DNA of 64,000 nt from NCBI GenBank assembly GCA_964549945.1, contig CAZJXD010000001.1, positions 84,346 to 148,345 of the forward strand, given 5' to 3'. This stretch comes from an uncultured Desulfobacteraceae bacterium. Its GTDB lineage: Bacteria > Desulfobacterota > DSM-4660 > Desulfatiglandales > B25-G16. Both the position numbers and the translations under genes were made by a program. Every line of letters starts with the position of its first letter. The first letter of the stretch is position 1. The notes beneath the pieces are model-generated. The model was not told the origin of the DNA. It saw only the letters and a program-made list of their open reading frames with translations, and did not search any database. Shown here piece by piece: positions 51,535 through 61,289 of this stretch.

Positions 51535-51536
51535 AT
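51303..51536 (-). CDS. Small zinc-ribbon protein with TRASH-like C-x2-C-x20-C-x3-C pattern
   Basis: I prefer the Met at 51536 (MSKKCEFCKRAFGGGEVKKVVRGKPHIFCSESCF...), which is preceded by GGTGGAGGGAGAGATT. The stop overlaps the FAD gene start by 14 nt. Confidence 0.6.
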   Translation of the reverse strand: MSKKCEFCKRAFGGGEVKKVVRGKPHIFCSESCFILWRYRRPVPDWEKFYAKYAISVATNITELIDKQPEGGHHEAE

Positions 51537-51667
51537 AATCTCTCCCTCCACCGATTGATAACGAATAAATCAATCGCCTCTAACCGCCCCGTTCTTGTCC
51601 AAGTTCTAGATTCCCTCCTTAACTCTCTCGACTTTCAAGTAATAAAAGCAGCCTCATCATAAATCCA

Positions 51668-53617
51668 CTAATTGCTTGATTGCCTTACAACATAACGATT
51701 GGACTGAAAGCTTAGCCCTTCGAGGACTACTGCCATCACAATCGCCATACCCCCTGCAATCTTCATCATACCGATAGGGAAAAAAACCGCAAACCCGCCA
51801 ACAAGAAACAAAAGTCTCCCCAGCCAATTTACCCTTTTTATTAAGTAGCCTTCTAAACCAATGCCTATGCTTATCGCACCTATAATTGAAAATGCTACTG
51901 CCAGTAATATCTCTAATAGCGACCCCTTAAGAAGTAAAGCAGGATTATATACAAAGGCGAAAGGTACAATGAAAACCAAGATACCCAGGCGCATGGCCTG
52001 AAATCCAGTTCCCATCATGGGACCACCAGCAATTATAGCCGCCATCCAGGCTCCTTCACAAACCGGTGGAGTAATAACGTGTGTTATTGCAAAGTAGAAG
52101 ATGAACAAGTGAGCAGCCATCATAGGGATTCCGGCCTTTGTCAAAGCGGGAGCTACAAGAATAGCCATCATTAGGTAGGCGACCATACTGGGTAATCCCA
52201 TTCCGAATATGTAACAAGCTGCCCCTGTTAATACGAGTAGAAAGAAAATGTTGCCATGGCTCAACTTAAGAAGCATGCTGCTAAGAGTCAGTGGCAGGCC
52301 CGTAACCTCTACGCATCCAATTAGAATACCGATAGCAGCGGCAATAGGGAAAATCCTAGTTAGCAGCCTTATTGTCTGGTAAAAAACCTCCCCTATAGTC
52401 TTCAGATTCCATCGGCTTTCTTTCCTAAAGATGGCGACTAATAACAAAGCCCCTATTGCGTATAGACAACAAGTTATCGGCGAGTACCTCAGTACTGCTA
52501 GAAAATATATTAATACTGCCATCGGCACCAGGAAATGCCAGCCCGACTTCAATACTTTTACCATAGATGGTAGTTCTTCGCGGGATAGACCTATCATTCC
52601 TCTTTTTTTCGCCTGCAAATGTGCCTGCACGAATAAAGCGATATAATATAGCATTCCAGGCAAAAATGCAGCTATGGCTATATCAATATAAGGAACTTGC
52701 ATAAAGTCAGCCATAATGAAAGCGGTTGTCCCCATAATAGGTGGCATTAGCATGCCACCGGTGGAAGCCGCAGTCTCAATAGCACCAGCATATACAGGTT
52801 CGTAACCTATTCTCTTCATCAATGGAATAGTAATTACACCTGTGGTGACTATGTTTGACGTGGGAGAGCCTGAAATCATCCCAAAAAGGCCGCTACCGAT
52901 TACTGCTACCTTGGCCGGTCCCCCTGCGAAGCGGCCAGCTAAGGCGAGCGATGAGTCCAGAAAGAATGTGCCTGCTCCTAAGACACTGATAAACATGCCA
53001 AACGTAAGAAAAATAAACGCATATGTTGCTATTACTTTCATGATTAGGCTAAACATGCCCGTGGGGAATAACCAAGAATGGGCGACTATCTCTGACCAGC
53101 TGCTACGAGGCCCCCAGAAGATTCCCGGAAATAAATCAGTGTATAGGCAATAAAATATGGCTATCAATACTATAATAATAACAGGCCAGCCCATTGTACG
53201 CCGTGTCGCCTCCAAGACGGCAATTATTGTCATTGTTCCCAATACTAACTCAAGCAATGTAGGACCGAAGCTGGTGAGAATTATCTCCGTCGCATTTATC
53301 GAAATATAGATAGTACCTACCAGGCTTACCCCGATAAATATGAAATCGTGCCACTGTAACCTATTGTCCTTTGTCCACTTTTTTCTTGCCGGGAAAAATA
53401 AGAAAGAGAAAATGAGCATCATGCCCAGAACAATTGGCAGATGCTCCTCCTCATTTATAAATATCCATTTAGTCTCTAGAAATCCAAGAAGATACAATAG
53501 ATTGTATAAGCAAAATAAAATGGCCCCTATTCTAACTACTTTACCAAATGTCCCCTTAAATTCCCTCAGCTGGCTTTCGTCCTCAGTCTTTATCGAACTT
53601 ATATCAGTGTCTTTCAT
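51668..53617 (-). CDS. TAXI-type TRAP transporter fused permease (4TM/12TM)
   Basis: The ORF is 649 aa with about 16-18 hydrophobic helices. It lies directly downstream of a TAXI-like solute receptor. Confidence 0.8.
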   Translation of the reverse strand: MKDTDISSIKTEDESQLREFKGTFGKVVRIGAILFCLYNLLYLLGFLETKWIFINEEEHLPIVLGMMLIFSFLFFPARKKWTKDNRLQWHDFIFIGVSLVGTIYISINATEIILTSFGPTLLELVLGTMTIIAVLEATRRTMGWPVIIIVLIAIFYCLYTDLFPGIFWGPRSSWSEIVAHSWLFPTGMFSLIMKVIATYAFIFLTFGMFISVLGAGTFFLDSSLALAGRFAGGPAKVAVIGSGLFGMISGSPTSNIVTTGVITIPLMKRIGYEPVYAGAIETAASTGGMLMPPIMGTTAFIMADFMQVPYIDIAIAAFLPGMLYYIALFVQAHLQAKKRGMIGLSREELPSMVKVLKSGWHFLVPMAVLIYFLAVLRYSPITCCLYAIGALLLVAIFRKESRWNLKTIGEVFYQTIRLLTRIFPIAAAIGILIGCVEVTGLPLTLSSMLLKLSHGNIFFLLVLTGAACYIFGMGLPSMVAYLMMAILVAPALTKAGIPMMAAHLFIFYFAITHVITPPVCEGAWMAAIIAGGPMMGTGFQAMRLGILVFIVPFAFVYNPALLLKGSLLEILLAVAFSIIGAISIGIGLEGYLIKRVNWLGRLLFLVGGFAVFFPIGMMKIAGGMAIVMAVVLEGLSFQSNRYVVRQSSN

Positions 53618-53648
53618 AACTCTTTAGCATCATATGTTTGACTAAACT

Positions 53649-54668
53649 TTATCGCTTCTCCTTAGCCAAGAGTGTCCGTTGAAGATCATCCAATTCTTTC
53701 GTCCAAATACCCTTTTCCTTGTAATATTTGATAGCCCCAGCATGGTATGCGACCACCGAGGGGAATTTAAGTGCTCTCTTCAGATTGAACTCACCACATG
53801 TGCGGTGAATTTCAGCAAGTTCTTGTGCGTGGTCATATACTGCTTTAGTTATGGCATAGGCTAAGTCTTCGCTAGTATAAGGATTGGTAAATAGATAAAC
53901 GGTTGTGGCAGCAACGGGGACATCTTCGGGTATGCCATATAGACCCTTCGGTGCTATGTCTGAAACAAGATTGATAAGTGGCTCTCGCTCATTCATATAG
54001 TCTACAACTTCTGGCGGAACTGGGATAACAACAATGCCCTTAGCCGCCTTCAGTTTCTCGCAATGACCTCCAATCGATCCACCGTAGGCATCTATCTTAC
54101 CTTCTATCATACGGTCAGCTGTTGCCGAGAGGCCTCCCCGCTCAAAAGCCACCACCTTGTCTGTTATGCCGTAATAGTCCAACATAAGTCTGTTTTTCAA
54201 AGTAGAGCTTTGTGATACCCCGGAAATATAAGCTACTTTCTTTCCCACTAAGTCCTTTATCGTCTTTATGCCAGTCTCTGGAGTAGTAAAAAAGCAGGCA
54301 TACCCGCTATTGCCTGCGCCTAGTACACGCAGCGGTCTCGGTCCCTTCTCTTTAAGCTTCTCAACCCCATGAGTACAACTATAAATCCAGTATAGATTGT
54401 CTAGGGCTAAATCTAACTTTCCTTCGGCTACACCGTCGAGAATTGGTAAAGCCCCGGGCATGGCTCTTAAAATTGCCTTGTTATCTAAGTGCCTATCGAT
54501 AACAACTGTAAGTCCGGCTGCAGTTGCATACAAAGGACCGCCCATCGTTTCGACACCAAAAAAGATCACCTTTTCTTTTTTTGCCGGTGCACCAGCTACG
54601 GGCATTACGCCGACTGCTAGTACCAACACGGCAAGTAGTGCTGCAATTAGCTTCAATAATTTACTCAT
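53649..54668 (-). CDS. TAXI-family TRAP solute-binding protein
   Basis: The ORF is 339 aa with a signal peptide MSKLLKLIAALLAVLVLAVGVMPVAGA. It contains GGPLYATAAGL and GAGNSGY. The size and periplasmic-binding-fold pattern are consistent with TAXI receptors. Confidence 0.75.
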   Translation of the reverse strand: MSKLLKLIAALLAVLVLAVGVMPVAGAPAKKEKVIFFGVETMGGPLYATAAGLTVVIDRHLDNKAILRAMPGALPILDGVAEGKLDLALDNLYWIYSCTHGVEKLKEKGPRPLRVLGAGNSGYACFFTTPETGIKTIKDLVGKKVAYISGVSQSSTLKNRLMLDYYGITDKVVAFERGGLSATADRMIEGKIDAYGGSIGGHCEKLKAAKGIVVIPVPPEVVDYMNEREPLINLVSDIAPKGLYGIPEDVPVAATTVYLFTNPYTSEDLAYAITKAVYDHAQELAEIHRTCGEFNLKRALKFPSVVAYHAGAIKYYKEKGIWTKELDDLQRTLLAKEKR

Positions 54669-54736
54669 AATAACCTCCTTAGATTAAAGATTTATAATTG
54701 ACCTTCAAATTTAAAGGCCAGCATTTATTTTTACTA

Positions 54737-55141
54737 CTATTTAATACGTAAGGTAGCGCTAGAGAGGATGTTATAATCGTTATCGGCAACACTAATAGAG
54801 TACATCCCAGGGCTGAATTTCATAAGGATCAGCGAGGTTGAGAATTCTCCATGGTCACTGACCTCTGGAATTGGGTTGCAAGAAAGTGTCTCATCAATAG
54901 CCAATCCGTTTTGTGTAACAACCATTATCTTTATTTCTTTGCCTATAGATAGACCAGAGCATGTTATGATGGTCTTTGCTTCTCTTCCTGCTATCACTTC
55001 CGCTGGGGAAAGTGTCAATATTGGGGATACTGTTGATTTTTCTGGTTGCACTGCGCACCCCACTATCGCAAGAATTGAGATAAGCAACAGAGAAATCAAA
55101 GAAATAACAATTACAATACAATTCTTCATAATGCCCTCCAA
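54737..55141 (-). CDS. Small lipoprotein, unknown function
   Basis: The ORF is 134 aa with a lipobox LAIVGC. It is beta-rich and AT-rich, and is the first gene after the 55249-55284 promoter/operator. Confidence 0.6.
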   Translation of the reverse strand: MEGIMKNCIVIVISLISLLLISILAIVGCAVQPEKSTVSPILTLSPAEVIAGREAKTIITCSGLSIGKEIKIMVVTQNGLAIDETLSCNPIPEVSDHGEFSTSLILMKFSPGMYSISVADNDYNILSSATLRIK

Positions 55142-55248
55142 TAATTTTTATTAGTAAAGACTATCAAATAATGGGAAATTAAAAATTGGGTTAAAAATGG
55201 TACGAAATGAGAATTTGTTAATAGTTGAAGTTTAGAATGGAGATAATC

Positions 55249-55284
55249 TGTATACTGTATACCGTACTCATTTATTGTTGTCAA
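55249..55284 (-). promoter_or_regulatory. Minus-strand promoter TTGACA-17-TATACA overlapped by third operator copy
   Basis: On the minus strand the sequence reads TTGACAacaataaatgagtacggTATACAgtataca. The -35 is at 55279-55284, the -10 at 55256-55261, and the palindrome tgtatactgtatac(c) at 55249-55263 (14 of 15 positions). Confidence 0.5.
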
Positions 55285-55589
55285 TAAAAAATTGATTCAA
55301 AAAATTAAGATCTATTAAGCGTAGTTTAATTCATAAATGAAAATTTGTTATTGTTATGTTGACATATAATGTCCAGTGAGTTTACACTAACACCTCATAA
55401 AATCCTCAGATGACGGTAGTGCCGTTACCTTCGAAAACACATAGGTCCGAACGAGCACAGCATGCCCGCCATGCACACACACCGACAAGACACGCATCCC
55501 CAGTTATACTGAAGAGAAAGGAGGTGAAAGCCTAATAGCCAAAGGCTCAGCATTCATTTACCCCTAACCAAAGACGAGGAGGTAGAGAG

Positions 55590-56612
55590 ATGAAAAAGCA
55601 AGGCATTTCAAAAGTAATAGGGCTTGTAATGACATTGTTCATTTTGAGCCTTTTTCCCGTTCCATCTGCCGCGGCGCCCATAACGCTTAGCTACGCGAAC
55701 TTTCCCCCTGCACCTACTTTTCCCTGTGTGCAAATGGAGCGGTGGAAAGAGGAGGTAGTGAAGAGGACCGGCGGCAAGGTCGCGATAAACACCTATCCCG
55801 GCAGCACCCTTCTCGACGCGAAGAACATGATGGATGGCGTAATTGCAGGAACGGCTGATATCGGGTGCCTGTGCATGGCCTATCAACCAGGCAGGTTTAT
55901 CGTGACAAACGCTACTGCCTTACCCCTTGGCTTCCCCAACGCCACGGTAGCCAGCCTCACCCTCTGGGATATCTACCGGAAACACAATCCCGATGAATTC
56001 GCAAAGGTAAAGGTCCTCACCATGTTCACCTGTGCGCCCGCAAATATCTATGCAAAGAAACCGGTAAAGAACCTTGAAGACCTCAAGGGACTGGAGCTCA
56101 GGGCTTCCGGAGGAGTTGCTCAGGTATTGGAGGCATTGGGAGCCGCTCCTGTGGGAATGCCCCAGTCGGAATGTCCCGAGGCCCTACAAAAAGGGGTGGT
56201 CAAGGGAGCGGTGTCGTCGCTTGAAACCCTTATGGATTTCAAGTACGCGGAGATGTGCAGGTATGTGACGATCTTTAACGGTCCGGTGTATCCCTTTGCC
56301 GTGGTCATGAATATGGACAAGTGGAACTCATTGCCAAAGGATGTGCAAGATGTGATGGATGGGTTGGGGACGGAGCAGGCCTGGTGGACTGGTAACTACA
56401 TGGACAAGCATGTGGATGAGTCCGTCGAGTGGTCGAAGAAGAACTATAACATCGAGATCACCGACCTGACCACGAGGGAGATGATAAGGTGGAATAGGTT
56501 GATGAAGCCCCTGATCGATAAATGGATTACCGATGCCGAGGCCAAGGGATTACCGGCCAGGACCATAATAAAAGACATCAGGATAGCGAGGGACTATCAT
56601 TCCCGATTCTAA
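55590..56612 (+). CDS. dctP: TRAP transporter substrate-binding protein (DctP family)
   Basis: The ORF is 340 aa with a GAGGAGG RBS and a signal peptide. It contains LSYANFPPAPTFPCVQMERWKEEV and LRASGG. It is followed by Q and M permease genes. Confidence 0.85.
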   Translation: MKKQGISKVIGLVMTLFILSLFPVPSAAAPITLSYANFPPAPTFPCVQMERWKEEVVKRTGGKVAINTYPGSTLLDAKNMMDGVIAGTADIGCLCMAYQPGRFIVTNATALPLGFPNATVASLTLWDIYRKHNPDEFAKVKVLTMFTCAPANIYAKKPVKNLEDLKGLELRASGGVAQVLEALGAAPVGMPQSECPEALQKGVVKGAVSSLETLMDFKYAEMCRYVTIFNGPVYPFAVVMNMDKWNSLPKDVQDVMDGLGTEQAWWTGNYMDKHVDESVEWSKKNYNIEITDLTTREMIRWNRLMKPLIDKWITDAEAKGLPARTIIKDIRIARDYHSRF

Positions 56613-56693
56613 GAGGGCGAGGGAATAACGGATTTTGGGTGGTATCCCAAAGTCCGTTTATTCCCTTAAAGCCAAGGAGGTTTGACGGCGAAT

Positions 56694-57182
56694 ATGGAGT
56701 TCCTGGATAAAGCGAGCAGAATACTAAATCAGGTGTTTGTCTGGATAGCCGGTGTATTTTTGGTGGGAATGATCCTGCTCGCCTGCTCGAATATCTTTTT
56801 GAGGATTGTGTGGCTCCCGGTAAAGGGCACCTTTGAGCTTATGGGGTTTTTCGGCGCAATTGTCACCGCCTTTGCCCTTGGCTACACACAGATCAAGAGG
56901 GGCCATATAGGAATAGATATAGTGGTGACTCAATTCTCGGCAACAGCCCAGAGAATCCTCAGCGGCATCAATTACCTCATCTGCACGGTATTCTTTTCTA
57001 TTGCGGGCTGGCAGATAGCTAAGTGGGCCACAACCCTCTGGAAAACAGGAGAAGTCACCGAAACGCTGAGGATTATTTTCTACCCTTTCACCTATGGCGT
57101 TGCCCTGGGTTGTTTCGTTCTTGCCCTCGTATTGTTAGTTGACCTTTTAAGAGTGCTCATTGAAGGCGAAGGAGCCTCATAG
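56694..57182 (+). CDS. dctQ: TRAP transporter small permease (DctQ family)
   Basis: AAGGAGG at 56674-56680 favours the ATG at 56694 over the track start at 56682. The protein has 4 TM helices. Confidence 0.8.
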   Translation: MEFLDKASRILNQVFVWIAGVFLVGMILLACSNIFLRIVWLPVKGTFELMGFFGAIVTAFALGYTQIKRGHIGIDIVVTQFSATAQRILSGINYLICTVFFSIAGWQIAKWATTLWKTGEVTETLRIIFYPFTYGVALGCFVLALVLLVDLLRVLIEGEGAS

Positions 57183-58487
57183 ATGAACTTGGTGGCTGTT
57201 GGAGTGCTTGGAATCCTCGTACTGCTCCTTGTTCTATTCTTTCTGGGGATGCCAGTTGGCTTTGCAATGGCAGTAGTGGGTTTCTGCGGGTTTTGCTACG
57301 TAGTTTCCTTCAAGGCAGCCCTCAACATGATAGGCGCTGACATTTGGGTTACATTCTCTAAATACGGTTTAACGGTAATACCCCTTTTCGTCTTAATGGG
57401 TTATGTGGCATTCAAAGCGGGGATAGCTGAAAGATTATATGACGCCGCGTACAAGTGGCTAGGTCATTGGCCCGGGGGTTTGGCAATAGCCACAATAGGG
57501 GCCGACGAGCTTTTTGCTGCGATCTGCGGTTCCAATACGGCTACCGCGGCCACGATGGGCACAGTAGCCTTGCCACAGATGAAAAGGTATCATTATGACA
57601 CGAGGCTAAGCAGCGGCACTGTTGTTACCGGCGGCACCTTGGGTACGGTAATGCCTCCCAGCGTGGTCATCATTGTCATCGGTTTGCAAACGGAACAATC
57701 GATAGCCAAGCTCTTCCTCGGCGGCATTTTACCTGCAATCCTTTTGGGAATTTTGTTCGTTCTTACCATCCTCACTCTTTGCAAGCTCTATCCGAGCTTC
57801 GGTCCGCCTGGGCCGAAGACGAGTTTCGGAGAGAAGATCAAGTCCCTGCCAGGGGTTATTGAAGCGATAGCCATATTTGTCCTGGTAATCGGAGGTTTGT
57901 TTGTTGGGTTATTTACCCCTACCGAAGCGGGGGCGGTCGGTGTGTTGTGCACGTTTATTGTGGCCGTTGCAACTCGTAGGCTCACATGGGATGGCCTTAT
58001 CAGCTCAATTGTGGAGACGCTGAAGATATCGTGCATGGTATTTGTCCTTGTAACGGGAGCAATAATTTTTGGTCGCTTTCTGGCGGTAACGAGAATCCCC
58101 TTTATCGTGGCGGATTTTGCCGCTTCGCTTCCGGTATCGCCCTTCGTTATTCTCGCATTCGTGTTGCTGATCTATTTGATAGGGGGCTGTGTCATGGATG
58201 CCCTGGGATTTCTGGTGCTCACCGTCCCTATCTTCTTTCCCCTGGGAATGGCCCTTGGTTTCGATCCAGTATGGTACTCCATAATCTTGACGATGGTGAC
58301 GACATTGGGGGCAATTACACCCCCTGTAGGCGTCAATATATATGTGGTGAAGGCGTTGGCTCCGGAAATAAGCATTGGTACTATTTTCAAGAGCGTGAGC
58401 CTTTTTTTGCTGGCGTGCATTATATCTATAATTATTTTAATAATTTTCCCTCAAATCGTTTTATTTATACCGGATATGCTTCACTAG
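57183..58487 (+). CDS. dctM: TRAP transporter large permease (DctM family)
   Basis: The ORF is 434 aa with ~12 TM helices. Its start abuts the dctQ stop. Confidence 0.9.
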   Translation: MNLVAVGVLGILVLLLVLFFLGMPVGFAMAVVGFCGFCYVVSFKAALNMIGADIWVTFSKYGLTVIPLFVLMGYVAFKAGIAERLYDAAYKWLGHWPGGLAIATIGADELFAAICGSNTATAATMGTVALPQMKRYHYDTRLSSGTVVTGGTLGTVMPPSVVIIVIGLQTEQSIAKLFLGGILPAILLGILFVLTILTLCKLYPSFGPPGPKTSFGEKIKSLPGVIEAIAIFVLVIGGLFVGLFTPTEAGAVGVLCTFIVAVATRRLTWDGLISSIVETLKISCMVFVLVTGAIIFGRFLAVTRIPFIVADFAASLPVSPFVILAFVLLIYLIGGCVMDALGFLVLTVPIFFPLGMALGFDPVWYSIILTMVTTLGAITPPVGVNIYVVKALAPEISIGTIFKSVSLFLLACIISIIILIIFPQIVLFIPDMLH

Positions 58488-58617
58488 GCAAAGATATTTG
58501 AAATTCGAAACTGGAAACTTGAGAGAGGGGGAACCCAAAGGTGCTTTTTTCAGATTCGAGTTTCTTTCAACGACTGCCTTCGCAAACCAGTCAAATAAAA
58601 AAGGAGTGAAAGGTACT

Positions 58618-59913
58618 ATGACGAAAAGCTTTATGCCGGAAGTCCATACCGAAGAAGAGTTGAAAGACCTCCAGTTGAGGGGTCTCAAATGGACGGTTAC
58701 CCATGCCTATACAGGATCGGATTTCTATAGAAGGCGATTCGATGAAGCCAGGGTAAAACCGGATGATATTAGCTCCTTGAACGATATAAAACGGCTGCCC
58801 TTTACCACTGCCAAGGACTTGCAGGAAGGCTATCCCTTCCCCTTACGATCGGTGCCCTTTAAGGATATTGTGAGGATTCACGCCTCATCCGGCACCACGG
58901 GCAAGAGAAAGGTGCTTTGCTATACACGGAAGGATATCGAGGACTGGGGAGATTTCTTTGCCAGGTGCTACGAGATGGCGGGATTAAACGAGGAGGATAG
59001 GGTCCAGATAGCCGTGGGCTACGGGGTGTGGACGGCCGGCGTCGGCTTTCAGCTGGGCTGCGAGAAGTTCGGTGCCATGGCCATTCCCGCAGGCCCCGGC
59101 AATATCGATATGCAGTGCATGTTCCTCGTTGATTTTCAAACCACCGTGCTCTGCTGTACTGCCTCAATGGGGCTGCTCATGGCAGAGGAGGTGGAGAAGC
59201 GGAACATAAAGGACCGGATAACTCTAAAAAAGGTTATCTTTGGATCGGAACGCTCCAGCGAGGCGATGCGAAAGAGGATCAAGGAGCTTCTCGGTGTCGA
59301 ACATATCTTCGATATCCCCGGCATGACGGAGCTCTATGGCCCCGGCACCGGCCTTGATTGTGTGTATCATGAGGGCATCCATTACTGGGCGGACTACTAC
59401 ATCCTCGAGATACTGGACCCCGACACCCTTGAAGAGGTCGAGGATGGAGAGGTTGGGGAGATGGTGGTAACCACCCTCAGGAAGGAGGGCTCGCCGCTGA
59501 TCAGGTATAGAACGAGGGACCTCACCAGGATCATCCCGAAGCGGTGTTCCTGTGGATCTGTCCTTCCCATGCACGATGCCCTCTTGGGCCGATCCGACGA
59601 TATGTTCATCATTAGGGGAGTGAATATCTATCCCAGCCAGGTGGACACTATTCTGTCAAATATCCCTGGGGCGGGAAGCGAGTATCAGATCCTTCTGGAT
59701 AGAAAAGAGGATGGCAAGGATTACATGAGCTTGAAGATCGAGCGGGGTCAGGGGCAAGACCCATTGAGGGATGAGGAGTTGAAGAGGAAGGTAGAGGATG
59801 AGATAAAAAAGCAGGTCCTGGTGAGCGGTGCAGTGAGCATCGTTGAGTACGGGGAGCTGCCCAGGTCTGAGAGGAAGAGCAAGAGGGTGTTCGATAACCG
59901 GGGGAATGATTAG
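58618..59913 (+). CDS. Phenylacetate-CoA ligase family (PaaK-like) arylacetate-CoA ligase
   Basis: The Met at 58618 follows AAAGGAG. It contains LRGLKWTVTHAYTGSDFYRRRFDEARVKPDDISSLNDIKRLPFTTAKDL, RIHASSGTTGKRKV, GVWTAGVGFQLGCEKFGAMAIPAGPGN and IIRGVNIYPSQV. Confidence 0.85.
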   Translation: MTKSFMPEVHTEEELKDLQLRGLKWTVTHAYTGSDFYRRRFDEARVKPDDISSLNDIKRLPFTTAKDLQEGYPFPLRSVPFKDIVRIHASSGTTGKRKVLCYTRKDIEDWGDFFARCYEMAGLNEEDRVQIAVGYGVWTAGVGFQLGCEKFGAMAIPAGPGNIDMQCMFLVDFQTTVLCCTASMGLLMAEEVEKRNIKDRITLKKVIFGSERSSEAMRKRIKELLGVEHIFDIPGMTELYGPGTGLDCVYHEGIHYWADYYILEILDPDTLEEVEDGEVGEMVVTTLRKEGSPLIRYRTRDLTRIIPKRCSCGSVLPMHDALLGRSDDMFIIRGVNIYPSQVDTILSNIPGAGSEYQILLDRKEDGKDYMSLKIERGQGQDPLRDEELKRKVEDEIKKQVLVSGAVSIVEYGELPRSERKSKRVFDNRGND

Positions 59914-59952
59914 GGTTTAGAAATTCCACGCAGTGACGGATGAGGGGTATTT

Positions 59953-60816
59953 ATGAGGAAATTTGATTATTATCAGCCTGAGACCCTTAAAGAGGCCTGG
60001 TCCCTGATGGAGAAGATCAAGGGGGAGGCCAGATACGTTGCAGGGGGCACCGATATCATCGTCAATATAAAAGATAAGAAGATTCAGCCCGATGCACTGA
60101 TCTCACTAAAGAGAATCAAGGAGTTGGCCGGTATCCACCGCAACAGGGAATTGGTGTTCGGAAGCATGACTCTTCTAAGAGACCTGGAGAGAGATCCCCG
60201 CATTGGCAGGGAATACCCGGCACTTGCTCGGGCGGCCATGGTACTCGCCACCCCCCAGATCAGGAACGTGGCTACTGTGGGGGGTAATCTCTGCAATGCA
60301 GCGCCGTCTGCTGACTGCGCTCCCCCTCTCTTGGTGATGGAGGCAAGCCTCACACTCGAAGGTCCTGGAGGCCGGAGGGAGGTATCGATTGAGGATTTCT
60401 TCAAGGCCCCAGGCCATACATGCATGGATACCACCGAGATCCTAACCCGGATCAGGATCCCGTCTGCACAGGAACGCAATGGAACCTCTTTTTTAAAGCT
60501 GGGCAGGGTTTCCACGGATATCGCCGTGGCAAATGCTGCTGCCTTCATCACAATGGAGGGAAAGATCTGTTCGAGATGTCGTATTGCCGTGGGTGCGGTA
60601 GCTCCGGTACCATTGAGGCTTATCTCAGTGGAGCGGATGATTGAGGGGGAGGCGATATCCCCTGAGCTCCTGGATAGGGCGGCGAGGATGGCAGAGGATG
60701 AGGTTACGCCAATTACAGATGTTCGCTCGACCGCCGAGTACCGGAGGATAACATCAGGGGTGCTGGTTAAAAGGGCAATAGAGGAGGCCATGAAAGCAGT
60801 GGAGGAAAGGGAATGA
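59953..60816 (+). CDS. FAD-binding medium subunit of a molybdopterin hydroxylase (CoxM/XdhB-like)
   Basis: The ORF is 287 aa. It contains YVAGGTDIIV and NVATVGGNLCNAAPSADCAPPLL. There is no Cys-rich insertion of the kind described for the 4-hydroxybenzoyl-CoA reductase beta subunit. Confidence 0.85.
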   Translation: MRKFDYYQPETLKEAWSLMEKIKGEARYVAGGTDIIVNIKDKKIQPDALISLKRIKELAGIHRNRELVFGSMTLLRDLERDPRIGREYPALARAAMVLATPQIRNVATVGGNLCNAAPSADCAPPLLVMEASLTLEGPGGRREVSIEDFFKAPGHTCMDTTEILTRIRIPSAQERNGTSFLKLGRVSTDIAVANAAAFITMEGKICSRCRIAVGAVAPVPLRLISVERMIEGEAISPELLDRAARMAEDEVTPITDVRSTAEYRRITSGVLVKRAIEEAMKAVEERE

Positions 60817-61280
60817 AAAAGGCCATACGCTTTTTCCTTAACGGTCGCGAGGTTTCAACGGAGGTTGAGGCGCATAAGATGCTGCTGGAGGTGTTGAGGG
60901 ATAATTTCCAGCTTACTGGGGCCAAGGATGGCTGCGGTCTGGGCGAATGCGGTGCATGCACGGTACTGGTGGATGGCCTGAGCGTACCTTCATGCCTCTA
61001 TCCGGCCTTTGAGGTTGAGGGGAAGTCGGTCACCACCATCGAGGGATTGGTAGGGGAGGGAAACGAGCTCCACCCTATTCAGAAGGCCTTTGTGGAACGT
61101 GGAGGAATTCAGTGCGGGTTTTGCACGCCGGGGATGATCATGTCTGCAAAGGCGCTTTTGGATGAGAATCCCGACCCCACCGAGGAGGAGATCAAGCGAG
61201 GGATAGCCGGCAATCTATGCCGTTGTACGGGGTACGTGCAGATCATCGACTCCATCGCAGAGGCCGCCAAAAAACTCTAA
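60813..61280 (+). CDS. [2Fe-2S] small subunit of molybdopterin hydroxylase (CoxS-like)
   Basis: The ORF is 155 aa. It contains [16 protein letters not shown] and [12 protein letters not shown]...NLCRCTGY. Confidence 0.9.
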   Translation: MKKAIRFFLNGREVSTEVEAHKMLLEVLRDNFQLTGAKDGCGLGECGACTVLVDGLSVPSCLYPAFEVEGKSVTTIEGLVGEGNELHPIQKAFVERGGIQCGFCTPGMIMSAKALLDENPDPTEEEIKRGIAGNLCRCTGYVQIIDSIAEAAKKL

Positions 61281-61289
61281 GGAGATAAC

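Noticed and set aside
60084-60791. 235-aa minus-strand ORF, and similar ones at 61215..61919, 25633..26313, 29203..29913, 35127..35969, 21078..21674 and 11389..11907
   Set aside because: All lie antisense to genes with strong family signatures (Mo-hydroxylase subunits, OYE reductase, GltD-like protein, HAD/ECH, EF-G, FecR). None has a plausible RBS or domain.
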